Assembly: GCA_951406725.2 (NCBI GenBank)
Contig: OX597817.1
Location: forward strand, 144,708,001 to 144,772,000
Source: Octopus vulgaris
Taxonomy: Eukaryota
Direction: 5' to 3'
Length of the DNA stretch: 64,000 nt
Shown here: positions 13,667-26,234 of the stretch, piece after piece
Numbering within the stretch: position 1 is the stretch's first letter
Layout: each line of letters opens with the position of its first letter
Program-made: the position numbers and the translations under genes
The notes under the pieces: model-generated
Database searches by the model: none
Seen by the model: only the letters and a program-made list of their open reading frames with translations
What the model was told of the DNA's origin: nothing

Positions 13667-13870
13667 TCATTTGTCCATACGGACTGGACTGCAGGTTGTT
13701 AAATAGATTTCACCGAGCTTCAAACATCTCAATGTAAAGATCTTCAGCTGTATGATTCCCGACCAATCCATAGTTGCTGATCTATCACCAAACCTTTGTG
13801 GTGATTGATCTGCTGTAACTTTACAGTTAGGTAGAACTATATAGATAGCTTTGTTGAATATATCGATCAT
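13667..13870 (-). pseudogene. Possible degenerate piggyBac-like transposase fragment
   Basis: IFNKAIYIVLPNCKVTADQSPQRFGDR..LKIFTL loosely resembles P...VTVDES...FxGR..GIKIF; weak. Confidence 0.25.
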
Positions 13871-14175
13871 GTTGGAATTAGGAGTTTAAACATGCAATGC
13901 CATCATTTGGGTTAACAGGTATTTATTGGAAGGAACTGTTGGTTACTATAGTAACATATCAAAAAACTTTGGAGTTAGATTTTTCATTGAGCCACAGGGA
14001 TATTAGTGTATGATGCCCAAAAAAATAAGATACGGTTATCAGTTTATATATTATTCATTCATGCAAATGTTAAAATACATAATATTTTGAGCTGTAAGTT
14101 TATTAATTTTTTTAAAAATTTCATTATATCTTCAGATAATTAACAAATTTTAAAGTTTCTAAATGAATGCATAAT

Positions 14176-14523
14176 ACAGTTCTATATTTAAGAGATGAGG
14201 AATTATGTACATTATTTACATTCGACGGATATTTTCCTCATCTTGTTTGTTGTTAACATGATGGGCATATGGTATAGTGGTTAAGAGTGCGGGCTATTAA
14301 CCCCAAGATTCTGAGTTCGATTCCAAGCAGTGACCTGAACAACAACAACATCATCATCACCATCATCATCATCAAAAAATACTTTAGGAATGAGAACCCG
14401 GGTTTGAAATTTCCCCAAGACACCTGAAGAAGGCTGGGGGGTATATCAGCTGAAATGTTGTGTTAACAACAAACAAGATGAGGACAAATATCCGTCAAAT
14501 GTAAATAATATAAATAATGTAAA
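14176..14523. mobile_element. tRNA-headed SINE with Penelope-like tail, inverted-duplication insertion
   Basis: Minus tailed copy 14176-14258; plus copy from 14263 (box A TGGTATAGTGG, box B GAGTTCGATTCC); TSD GAATGCATAAT at 14165-14175 and 14524-14534. Confidence 0.8.
14419..14464 (+). ncRNA. Minimal type I hammerhead ribozyme motif (CpG-decayed)
   Basis: GACAC-CTGAAGA-AGGCTGG..TCAGCT-GAAA-TG-TT-GTGTT; stem I GACAC/GTGTT, stem II GGCTG/CAGCT. Confidence 0.7.
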
Positions 14524-15333
14524 GAATGCATAATTGTTTTAAAATAGTCGTAAGTTTTTTCTTTTCTAAATGTGAAATTTAAAAAGAAAATATTGTTCTA
14601 AAAATAAGTCACATCGTCAAAATCTCAAAGCTGCAAGAATATGCATAATTAATTCAAAACAATGTGAATAAGCAAGCTTTACATTTAACAGAGAAATCTA
14701 AACGCTAAAAGGTTAAAATGATCATAAATTTTACTTTTCAAATTTCAAATTTAAAAAGAAAAAACAAATTTCAATCTTAGTTTCATATATTCATAAGATA
14801 TTAGATGACTACATCTAAATCTTTTCTTTCTCTGCTCTTATAAGACTGATGATACATGAGCCCAACATATATAAGATTTTAGGTTTTATGTGCTTATTTT
14901 CAGACTTAGGTTGCTAGACGCTCTGTAATTAGACAAAGAACTTATAGTACAGGTGTTACTTTCATTTCATACCTGCCAATTTCTATTTACTTATCAATTA
15001 CCAATTAAGACCTTCAGTTTCAATTGCCTTGTGTATTAATAATTACGGACAAAGCTGATAATGTATTTAGTGAGAAATAAAACTAAATTTGAGTTCTTTT
15101 CAATTAGTCAGTGATATTCAATCTAAAAGATTTAGTCTTGTGATTACCGGAATTGAGATTAGGATTACCAGAGTTTTTCATTACTTTTAGAATTGATGTT
15201 ACAAAATTAAATAGTCCTTATTAGATTTTTTTTTCCAAATTCCTTGACAAAAACAAAACAATCAAAAAAATGTTCTACTCAACTAGTATAAATTGGACAT
15301 ATTTGCATTTATCACTCTAATTTTCTTATCTGG

Positions 15334-16509
15334 TTGTCTCTCTCTCTCTTTCTGCCAATCTCCCTGAATAGGGAGGAGCGAGCCTATTTTCTCTCGGTAG
15401 TTGCTGTTGCAAAAGAGGTAGAATGGAAGACGAGAGTGAAAGGAATTGCAACAGGCATGTTCATCTCCAGTCTCAAGCTAATCGACTTTTTCATTTTCCA
15501 CATGAAATGGAAAATAAGGCTGGAGAAGAAATGCCTGTCGCAAAGTGTGTTTTGTAAAAGATGGAAGTCTATAGCAAGTATGCTGTGAGTGAAAAACCTG
15601 TCTAAACGAGAATATAAAAAAGGAGAAAGCAAAGTCTTCAGTGTGAGTATGTGGTTTGTGGGGTCAACCGAGTCCTCCGCTTCATTTTTTGTAAATCACT
15701 CATTCTCATTTAATTGTATATATTTTAAATATTTGTTGTGCAAGATTTTTTATGTGAAGTCGGGTGTTGAAACAGATATTGTTATATTTCGGAATGGTCA
15801 TATTGCCAGTTTAGCCAATAAAAACACACGCACTATATATTTGCCCAAGGTGCCATGCAGTGGGACTGAACCCGGAACCATGTGGTTCATAAGCAAGCAA
15901 GCTATTTACCACACAGCCACTCCTACGCCTATATTTTTTTTTTTTTTTTTTTTTATATTCTAGTCATAGCAGCTGTCATTGGGTAAAGGAATTATTGCTA
16001 GAAATAATTGATGCAAATGGGTGCAAAATGCTAAAACATTTTATCAAAAATAATTTCTTACATAAAATTCTTCATCGTTATTTTGTGTCTGAATTTTCAT
16101 GCTGGTTTAGATTGGACAGTCTGTCATGGCCCCAGTTAGTTTTTATTTGCAGTTCCTGCCCCTATGATGGATGAGAGGACCATATTCCATTCCTAAGTTT
16201 CATTCTTGCTATAGGTTTCTGTAGCCAGATGTCCTTCCTAATGTCTTGTCCCTGGCAAGACTTAAGTGTTCTCTATCCGAAATAAGGTTAAGATTAATGT
16301 AAAAAATAAATATCACTGAAGCAAAATAACACCAAATATATAGTGCTTGTGTTTTTATTGGCTAAACTGGCAATGTGACCATTCCAAAATATAACAATGT
16401 ATATATTTTAATTGTTTGTTTATTCATTCGATAACCTGACCCCAATGTTTGTTTTGTCTGTTCACATATGGGGGGGGGCTCTTTTTCTCAACCTTATGGT
16501 GAATAAAGA

Positions 16510-16512
<3 letters not shown>
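15334..16512 (+). mobile_element. 5'-truncated Tx1/L1-clade LINE (ORF2 C-terminus plus 3'UTR) in a (TC)n tract
   Basis: FLSVVAVAKEVEWKTRVKG..FFIFHMKWKIRLEK..FCKRW resembles the Tx1 ORF2 end; AATAAA just before (TC)n; TC repeats at both ends. Confidence 0.65.
15729..16397. mobile_element. Penelope-like inverted insertion carrying captured flanking DNA
   Basis: 14-bp TSD TGTATATATTTTAA (15715-15728, 16398-16411); 63-bp inverted repeat 15778-15840 / 16336-16398. Confidence 0.7.
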
Positions 16513-16574
<62 letters not shown>

Positions 16575-17099
16575 GTCACCTTGCCATTTGTTCCTTCCCT
16601 TTCATCAGTCTTTTCTTGTTTCCTCCTATCTGCCATGCTGGTTTGTACAAACAAATGCAATGTCAGATAGAGAACACTTAAGTCTTGCCAGGGGCAAGAC
16701 ATTAAGAAGGACATCTGGCTACAGAAACCTATAGCAAGAATGAAACTTAGGAATGGAACATGGTCCTCTCATCCATCATAGGGTCAGGAACTGCAAATAA
16801 AAACTAACTGGGGCCATGACATACTGTCCAATCTAAACCAGCATGAAATTTCAGACACAAAATAATGATGAAGAATTTTATGTAAGAAATTATTTTTGAC
16901 AAAATGTTTTAGCATTTCGCACCCATTTGCATCAATTATTTCTAGCAATAATTCCTTTACCCAATGACAGCTGCTATGACTAGAATATATAAAAAAAATA
17001 TATATATATAGGCGTAGGAGTGGCTGTGTGGTAAATAGCTTGCTTCCTTACGAACCACATGGTTCCGGGTTCAGTCCCACTGCATGGCACCTTGGGCAA
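15841..17099. repeat. ~440 bp inverted duplication (15841-16280 versus 16663-17099)
   Basis: Direct reverse-complement match with only scattered mismatches. Confidence 0.95.
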
Positions 17100-17403
17100 G
17101 TGTCTTCTAATATAGCCTTGGGCCAACCAAAGCCTTGTGAGTGAATTTGGTAGACGGAAACTGAAAGAAGCCTGTCATATATATGTATGTGTGTGTGTGC
17201 ATATTTGCGTGTCTGTGTTTGTCCCCCCCAACATTGCTTGACAATCGATGGTGGTGTGTTTACATCCCCATAACTTAGAAGTTCGGCAAAAGAGACTGAT
17301 AGAATAGTACTAGGCTTACAAAGAATAAGTCCTGGGGTCGATTTGCTCGACTAAAGGCAGTGCTCCAGCATGGCCGCAGTCAAATGACTAAAACAAGTAA
17401 AAA
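17011..17403 (+). mobile_element. SINE family A
   Basis: Full head-to-tail match to 874-1329. Confidence 0.85.
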
Positions 17404-17480
17404 AGCATACCTTGTTCCCTAAATATTATCAAAGTCAGTTGTATGAGTATTATCCCAGCGAATTATTTCATAATTTTAAG

Positions 17481-17860
17481 TATGGTGTGGTTATGCAGTA
17501 AGTAGTTTGCTTCCCAACCTCATGGTTCCAGGTTCAGTCCCACTGTGTGGCACCTTGGGCAAGTGTCGTCAGCTATAGAACCAGGTCCGCCTAAGCCTTG
17601 AGTAGATTTGGTAGACAGAAACTGAAAGTATGTGTGTGCGTGTGTGCATGCATGTGTATCTCGTCCCCCACCTCTGCTTAACAGCCAGTGTTGGTTTGTT
17701 TACATCCCTATAACTTGTCAGTTCGGTAAAAGAGACCAGTAGGATAAGTACCAGGCTTTAAAAAAAGCTCTGGAGTTAATTCATTCAACTAAATATTCTT
17801 CAAGGCAGTGCCCCAGCATGGGCACAATCTAATGAATAAGACAAGTAAAAGATAAAAGAT
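17481..17860 (+). mobile_element. SINE family A (diverged)
   Basis: Family motifs present. Confidence 0.75.
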
Positions 17861-17902
17861 GGCATTACTTAAGGACTTTTCATTCCAATATGGCTGCATC
17901 CA

Positions 17903-18120
17903 AGGCAGCAAGCTGGCAGAAACGTTAGCACAGTGGGTGAAATGCTTAGCAGTATTTCGTCTGTCTTTATGTTCTGAGTTCAAATTCCGCCAAGGTCGAC
18001 TTTATCTTTCATCCTTTTGGAGTCAATAAAATGAATACCAGTTGGGCACTTTGGTCAATCTAAACAACTGCTCCACCCTCCCCAAATATTTCTGGCCTTG
18101 TGCCTAGAACAGAAAAGAAT
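17903..18120 (+). mobile_element. SINE family B
   Basis: GGCAGCAAGCTGGCAGAAACGTTAGC..GAGTTCAAATTCC..GTCGACTTT. Confidence 0.8.
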
Positions 18121-18429
18121 ATGGCTGCATCCAATTCATACAATAATGCAATAATTTTTAACTAATCAGATTTCCTCAGATTCGACAACTAAATGAATAT
18201 CGGCAATAATTATTATTTTGATTAGTAGAATATTGGTTAATTATACATACAGAACTAGAAATTTCTGTTTTGATGGGAATGGTCTACGTGTATTGCTTGT
18301 GCTCTTGTATTTGAATGTATTCAATAACAAGGAGGTTCTCTGTATTTATTCCAGAATAGTCTTATCCATGTTTGTATGTGTGTGTGTGTGTGTGTGTGCA
18401 CATGCATATATATATATATATATATTCAA

Positions 18430-18631
18430 AATGTGATCGTGTGTGTACCGTTGATGATTTTTTTCCTCTGTCTTCCCTTCTCTGGATCTTTCCTTCTCCT
18501 ATGTTTCCGACGAACAGCTCCGCTCGAAACATTAAACCCTCCTTCTTTCCTTCTTTCCTGAGCGTCCAATAATACTATATTTGTTCCACGTCCTCGCATT
18601 GTTGTGTTTTTTTGTGCTTTCTTGTTTGGAT

Positions 18632-18636
<5 letters not shown>
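18430..18636 (+). mobile_element. Short (TA)n-flanked Penelope-like fragment with a degenerate hammerhead
   Basis: GTTT-CCGACGA-ACAGC-TCC-GCTC-GAAA-CATT-AAAC at 18503-18537. Confidence 0.5.
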
Positions 18637-18680
<44 letters not shown>

Positions 18681-18785
18681 ATTTCTTTTAAGTAAATAAT
18701 AATAAAATATGATTATAATTAAGGGCTCTGGAATGTCAGAGTCTATATGCTAAAAATAGATGTCAAATATATCCACTCTAAATAA

Positions 18786-18820
<35 letters not shown>

Positions 18821-18868
18821 AAGTTTTAAGTATATCATTGTTGAATTCTACATGGTGGCTCTTCTCTA

Positions 18869-19412
<544 letters not shown>

Positions 19413-19860
19413 TGTTATGTCAACTTCCTTCAAAGGAATGCCCCCCCTCCCCAATGACCCATAGACACTCTTGTTATAGCCTTGAATAATTTGAAATGTG
19501 AGTCAAATTTAAATATTTAAATTCTCTAATATGTCCTTACTATTAGTATGTAATATTTGCCTAATGTCATGTCCATGCTTCTGTGTGTGTGTGTATGTAT
19601 GTATGTATATGTGTGTGCATCCTCATTACTTTAAAAACATAAAATGCCGAATATGTGTTTCTATAAAAAAATGCTTAAAAGGTGAAAAATGTAAAACGTA
19701 ATATACATTTATTCCCACATGCAATGTCAAGAATTGGATAGATTCCACTAGATAAAGTCTACTTTATCAAAGATTTATACTCTTCTAAAATATCTGAATA
19801 TTCTTTATTTCCTTCATTTAATCACCATTTGGGAGCATGGGAAAAGAAAATTTCTTAATT

Positions 19861-19895
<35 letters not shown>

Positions 19896-22128
19896 TTGAT
19901 TTTATATATATCTACATTTTCCCATTAATTTTTCGCACATTTTATTTTGCATTTTCACAATAAGCTGACTGATATTTTAGTGATAAGTTTTATTCAAGAG
20001 TTGCCTAGCACCGAGTGTAATTTGAACATTTATAGCCTCCAAAGAAAACTTAAAAGCTGTATTTTATATCATCAATATAGCATCATTTTCTTCAAAGGTC
20101 AAATAAATAACATAAGGATTAGAATGTGTAGGAGTAAACCAAGCTGTAAATCACAGACCAGAATAAATTAGTTAAAATAGCTGGATAAGGAAATGTGAAT
20201 TGGATTGAGAAAATTGCTGTACAATGCACTTCACTTGTAAGAAATAATCTCTTTGGTATGCTACCATTTTGTAAAGATCTAATTTTACATTCTTGCAAAA
20301 TGGTTTGTGATGGCAACGGGCATCCAACTGGAAGAAGTCTTCACTGGAGAAAATCTCCTTGAACTAATAACAATCAAAGCGATTATATATGTTGTGGTCA
20401 TAGAATATTCACCCATTATTTCTATGCATTTTCTGATGGCTGTTTATCAGAGACGTCCGCCACAATGGAACATTTGTAGCTGAATAAACTTCACAACTGA
20501 ATAGGAATCTGACCTAGAAATCTCACCTTTTATACTGCATTTTACACTTCTGTACTTATAATTTCTATGTTTTCTCTTTTTTTTTTGCCACTTGGATGTT
20601 TCATAGTTGCAAATAACAAAACGGGAGACCCAGAGTAGATGTTATTGATTAATTATTGTCTTTTTCTATATGAATAGAAAAAGAATGGGAAATACTGCAA
20701 CATTGATGAGCAAGAAAAAAGAAATTTATTCAATATTCCACTTTCAATAATCGCTTATTTTGAAATATGAAATACATGGATTTCTTACATCCAAACCAGC
20801 ACATGCATGGCTGTATGGTTCTGGCTTCAGTCCATGGGCAAGTGTCTTCTACTATAGCTCTGAGCCTTGTGAGAGGATTTGGCAGGCAAAGGCTGGAAGA
20901 AGCTGTGTGTGTTTGTCTCATCTTGATATACTCTCTCTTTCTCTTTTACTTGTTTCAGTCATTTGACTGCAGCCATGCTAGAGCACCACCTTTAGTTGAG
21001 CAAATTAACCCAAGAATTTATTCTTTGTAAGCCTAGTACTTATTCTATCGGTCTCTTTTTGCTGAACTGCTAAGTTACAGGGACATAATAAATATGGTAG
21101 TAATAAATTAATGTCAAATCATCCAAGCACTGTTATTCATTTCTTATATTCTGCAAAAGCATGGCTAGCCATAGGGAAATGTTACCTCACCTGATCACAG
21201 GTAATAGTTTGTCTGTATTTGTCCCCACAACATTGCTACACAACCGATGCTGGTGTGTTTACGTCCCCATAACTTAGCGGTTTGGCCAAAGAGACTTATA
21301 GAATAAGTACTAGGCTTCCAAAGAATAAGTCCTGGGGTCAATTTGCTCAACTAAAGACAATGCTCCAGCATGGCCACAGTCAAATGACAAACAAGAAAAG
21401 AGTAAAAGAATATTTGGACCCGATATGGCTAGTTTAAATAAAAAAGGATTAAGGAATTCCTACACACACACACACATACACCACAGAAAAAAACCAAAAA
21501 CTTGTCTGATAATAATACCGTATTAGTGAAAAAGAAATTATTGCAAGACAGTTTTCTTTGCCATACATGCAATATTTCGCAAATGTGACTTTTGTAATTT
21601 GAAGGTAAATTTGAAAAAGAGAGGAAAAAAGATTGTATTTTATTGTTTGCTTTGTTTTTGTTTTCCGTGGACATAACATGAATACTAACTTTGCTAGGTG
21701 TCATTGTAAAGAAACAAAATGAATTTATTGCAACTGTGAGAAAAAAAAAAATGCATGAATGATTTTGTGGAATCAACTGTTTTACTCTTCTCGGACTTTA
21801 TTCAACCGTCTGACAACCTTTCAATTGATGCTAAAATAAATGCATAAAAATGTAGCTAATTTGAGTAGGTTTTTTTTTGTTGAATTTTTTGATTTTTATA
21901 AAGTAAAAGATGTCAAAACTATGGCAACTAGTGATGGGCAGCTACAGCAAATGAAAAAAGATAAAAATAGAGTAGTTAGTGCAGCACAGTGGGCAAGTAT
22001 TTTGTAGAATAGCTTTGGGCTGACCAAGTGGATTTGGATGACAGAAATTAAAAGACTGTTGTTTGTATGTATGTGCAGATGTGTATGGCTTGTCTCTGGA
22101 TCATGTCAATAGAGTGGAGAGGATCTGT

Positions 22129-22360
22129 TATTTCTTTATTGCCCACAAGGGGCTAAACATAGAGGGGACAAACAAGGACAGATAAATGGATTAAGTCGAT
22201 TACATCGACCCCAGTGCATAACTGGTACTTAATTTATCGACCCCAAAAGGATGAAATGCAAAGTCGACCTCGGCGGAATTTGAACTCAGAATGTAACGGC
22301 AGATGAAATACCGATGAGTATTTCGCCTGGTGTGCTAACGTTTCTGCCAGCTTGCCGCCT
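22129..22360 (-). mobile_element. SINE family B
   Basis: Near full-length reverse-complement copy. Confidence 0.85.
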
Positions 22361-24596
22361 TAAGTGGAGAGGATCTGTGAGGTGTTGTGCAAATCTTATT
22401 CGACCTAAAATAATAAGTTGCATGATTGCGATTCTCCATTGCTTGGTCGAGTAGGAGGTTATCGCAGCAAGCATGGAAGCCAAGGGCACAAGCCCAGGTG
22501 AAGATGACCATGGATGCAATAATTGGATGCACAAACATTGCTGACATTTTGCATGGGCAACGGTCATTGATGGTTTTTCTCGGTCAGGAGTGGACAGCCA
22601 TTATGTATGCCTGCCTGCCTGTTTACATCTGCTGTCATTTGTATGAAAGTTACAAGATGTGATGATGGTGTTGCTTGCTCTCCTGTCAACAGATCTTCTG
22701 CTCACTTCACACCTTCAAATCCACATGGAATAAGAGGTCCTTTCCATGAAAAACAGGCGAGGGTTAGCAGCAGGAATAACATATGACTGTAAGACAATAC
22801 CTCAATAGCTTATTCATCTAACCCATGCAAGCATGAAAAAACAGACCTAAAACAAACTAATGAATCATGTAGTAAGTTCATGTACCTCAAGAATTCTGAC
22901 TTACAGACAACATTCTTTTTCCAAAGCAACAAGAAATGTTAGGACATTTCATTCCCAGCCTTTTAATACATCTTAATACATTTTACTAAAGAAATCTCCT
23001 CCCCCAAAATGTTGAAACTCCCCTCCCCCCACTCACTACACAGATTTATCCTGTTCATCTTCCTCATCATTATCATCATCGTCATAATCATCATCATACA
23101 TCTGTTTTCCATGCAGTCATTGGCTGGACAGTTTGACAGGAACCAACAAGCCAGAGGACTATGCCAAGCCCTCACGTCTGTGTGGGCGTGGTTTCTATGG
23201 CTGGGTGCCCTTCTTTACATGAACCACTTTACAAAGTATACTGGGTGCTTTTTATATGGTATCAGCATTTGTAGTCACCAAGTAACTTACAAGATAAGAC
23301 ACCCCTCAACTGAGGGAGGTTACCAAGGGGTGGAGTAGCACTGAGGGAGGTGGCTTTATGCCAGGTGACAAGCTGTTAAAGTATCATAAAGTGTCAGGAA
23401 TGAGTATCTTGCTGTAGAGAGATATGTGGTAACCCCAGATGGAAAAGGAAGAGGACGGTGGTTAAGATGTATCAGGGTGGCCCCATGGCATGGTGTCTTG
23501 CGAGAACTATTGAAAGTTCCAAGTTTGGAAAGAAAAGTAAGAGGCTTAGCACCTTATTTTGTTATTGAATATTGTGAACAGTGTAGAGGTTTGTTGCCTC
23601 ATGAACAATATACAAAAGATCAATGTTCATGGGAAAAATTGATCGGTGGACATCGTTTTTTTCCCCATTAATCATCATTTTCATATAACATTATGTCTAC
23701 GTCCAGCCCGCAGCTTCGTTTCATTGTGTAAGGCCTTATGACCAATATAATGAAATAAAGATGTATGAGGGTGTGCCCTTAAGGTACAGGAAGGGGAATA
23801 TAAGAGGGGGTAATGTGGGTGGGTAAGAATGTGAAGCAGAGTGGTAAATGGATAAGAATGGGGATAGAAGGAAATGCAGCGAGTGGTGAAGATGGTGAGA
23901 GTGTGGTCAAACAGGAATATCAGTTTGAGGAGAAGGTGGAGGACGTAGGTGTAGGTCAGGGAGGTTGTAAGGTGGCAGATTTTACTATTTGAAATGAAAA
24001 TTTAAAAGAATTTGTTCACTTTATTGTGATATTCTTCAGACTGCTTACCTTCAAAACATCTGTTGGTTCTCATTAACAAATGCAGTTTTGATTATTTTTG
24101 CTTAGCTTGAAGCTTTGAAATCATCCTCAAATCCTCAAAAACAAAAATTGCCGTTAGTAATCTTCTCGTAAATACTTTTAATGATCCACTTGAAGCATGC
24201 TTATATCTTGTATATAAAACACTTTATACAGGCTGAGAGAGAAAGTACAATATCACTGAAGAAACTCTGACATTTCATGGAACTTGTGGAATTGTATGAA
24301 CTAAAGAAGAGATGCAAAATTTCTTTCCTTTAAATGTCAAGAAGGTTCTAACAAGGGAGACAACTTTTCATCAAATGGATCAAAATATCTGCTAAAAGCT
24401 AATTATTTTACTTGATATGATTAAGTAATTTGTAGTCTGTGTTTATGAAACCTTTAAACATGGCTTTAGAAACCAGCAGGGGTGTGTGGTTGGGAAGTTC
24501 ACATTGTAACCATGTGGTTTTGGTTTTTGATTTGGTCCCATAGCATGGTGTCTTGCGAGAAGGTTTTCTGCTGTAGTCTCAGACCGACTAATATGT

Positions 24597-24633
<37 letters not shown>

Positions 24634-25047
24634 CCATACATACCCATTAGCTTTTCATTCTTATTTTTATGTTATAGTTTACTGCACATATAGACGTGCA
24701 TACACATTGATATGTCTGTCTTTTTTTCCTCCCCTTTCATCTCTTACTATGATTATTACTGTTACTTTTTCCCCTTTTAAAACTTGAATGCAAATATCCA
24801 GTTTTTTTCTCTATTACCCCACTTGTATCCTCCCTTATTGTATCTTATTTTAATTTACCTTATTCTATTAAAACTTTTTTTGATGTCCTTACAAAAATTT
24901 TTTTCTTACATATTTGTATTGTCCTTTGAAACGTGCATATGTATTGAATACTATTTTGTATTGAATCTAATTTTGATTCAACATCTTTTTCTCCTCCATT
25001 TTTCTATAATTGTTTATGGTATTTTTATACCTATAATGATATTTTTC

Positions 25048-25086
<39 letters not shown>

Positions 25087-25231
25087 GTGTCATATAGTTC
25101 CTCTACAAGAGTCTGCCCTTCACTTTGTTCCTCATATACTTTAAACCTTCAATTCCTAGCATAAAGTCCCACACACGCACATACTTCAATTTTCATAGTG
25201 TTGCTAGTTGCATGTTGACCTCACTAGTGCC

Positions 25232-25740
25232 ATCATCATCGTTTAACGTCCGTTTTCCATGCTGGCATGGGTTGGACGGTCTGACTGAGGACTGGCAAGC
25301 CAGTAGGCTGCACCAGGCTTCAATCTGATCTGGCAAAGTTTCTAAAGCTGGATGCTCTTCCTAATGCCAACCACTCTGAGAGTGTAGTGGGTGCTTTTTA
25401 CATTCCACCGGCACTGGCACCAGTCAGGTGCCACTGGCATCAGCTACGTTTGGATGGTGTTTTTTACATTCTACTGGCACAGGAGCCAGTCAGGGCAGGG
25501 GGGCTGGCATCAACCATGTTCAGATGGTACTTTTTATGTGTCACCAGAACGGGGAGCCAGTCAGGCGGCACTGGCAACGACCCACGCATGAATGGTGCTT
25601 ATAGCATGCCACCAGCATGGGAGCCAGTCAAGCAATGACCCACGCATGAATCGTGCTTGTGTGCCACCAGCACAGGAGCCAGTCATGCGGCACTGGCATG
25701 GGCCACAACTACAATTTCCATTTGATTGTGATTTTGATTA
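25232..25740 (-). mobile_element. SINE family C with (ATG)n tail and internal tandem units
   Basis: CATCATCATCGTTTAACGTCCGTTTTCCATGC..GGATGCTCTTCCTAATGCCAACC plus repeated GGTGCTTTT..GCCAC units. Confidence 0.8.
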
Positions 25741-25791
25741 TCAAAATCCTAATCAAGTACTAGTGATATGAAAAAACACCCTGTACATGCT

Positions 25792-26234
25792 TTAACCCTT
25801 TAGTATTTAGATTATTCTCTCAAATTTAATGTGTGTCGATTCACATTGTTCTAAATTACTGATGCATTATATCATAGCTTCAGGATTTCAATGATGTGAT
25901 TGTTTTCGGAATGATGTTGTTGGTTAATCATGAGAAATCAGATCTGGCCAGTTTGAACATTAAACTGGCAGAACGTTGTGGCTGGAAGGCAGCAAACTGG
26001 CAGAAACTGGTCAAATGCTTAGTGGAATTTTGTCTGTCTTTACGTTCTGAGTTCAAATTCCGCTGAGGTTGACTTTGTCTTTCATCCTTTCGGGGTCAAT
26101 AAATTACATGCCAGTTGTGTACTGGAGTAAATATAATCGACTGACCCCACCCCCACAAAAATTTTGGGCCTTGTGTCTAGAGTAAAAAAGAATATTTTGG
26201 CTGGATATGGTTAGTTTAAATGCTAAAGAGTTAC
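25792..26234. mobile_element. TTAA piggyBac-like MITE with nested family B SINE (~25985-26190)
   Basis: TTAACCCTTTAGTATT..AATGCTAAAGAGTTAC; empty homologue at 45510-45732. Confidence 0.7.

Noticed and set aside
22400-22600. Minus-strand PWSSSPGLVPLA resembling Tc1/mariner WPSxSPDLNPLD
   Set aside because: A single degenerate motif; no TIRs found.
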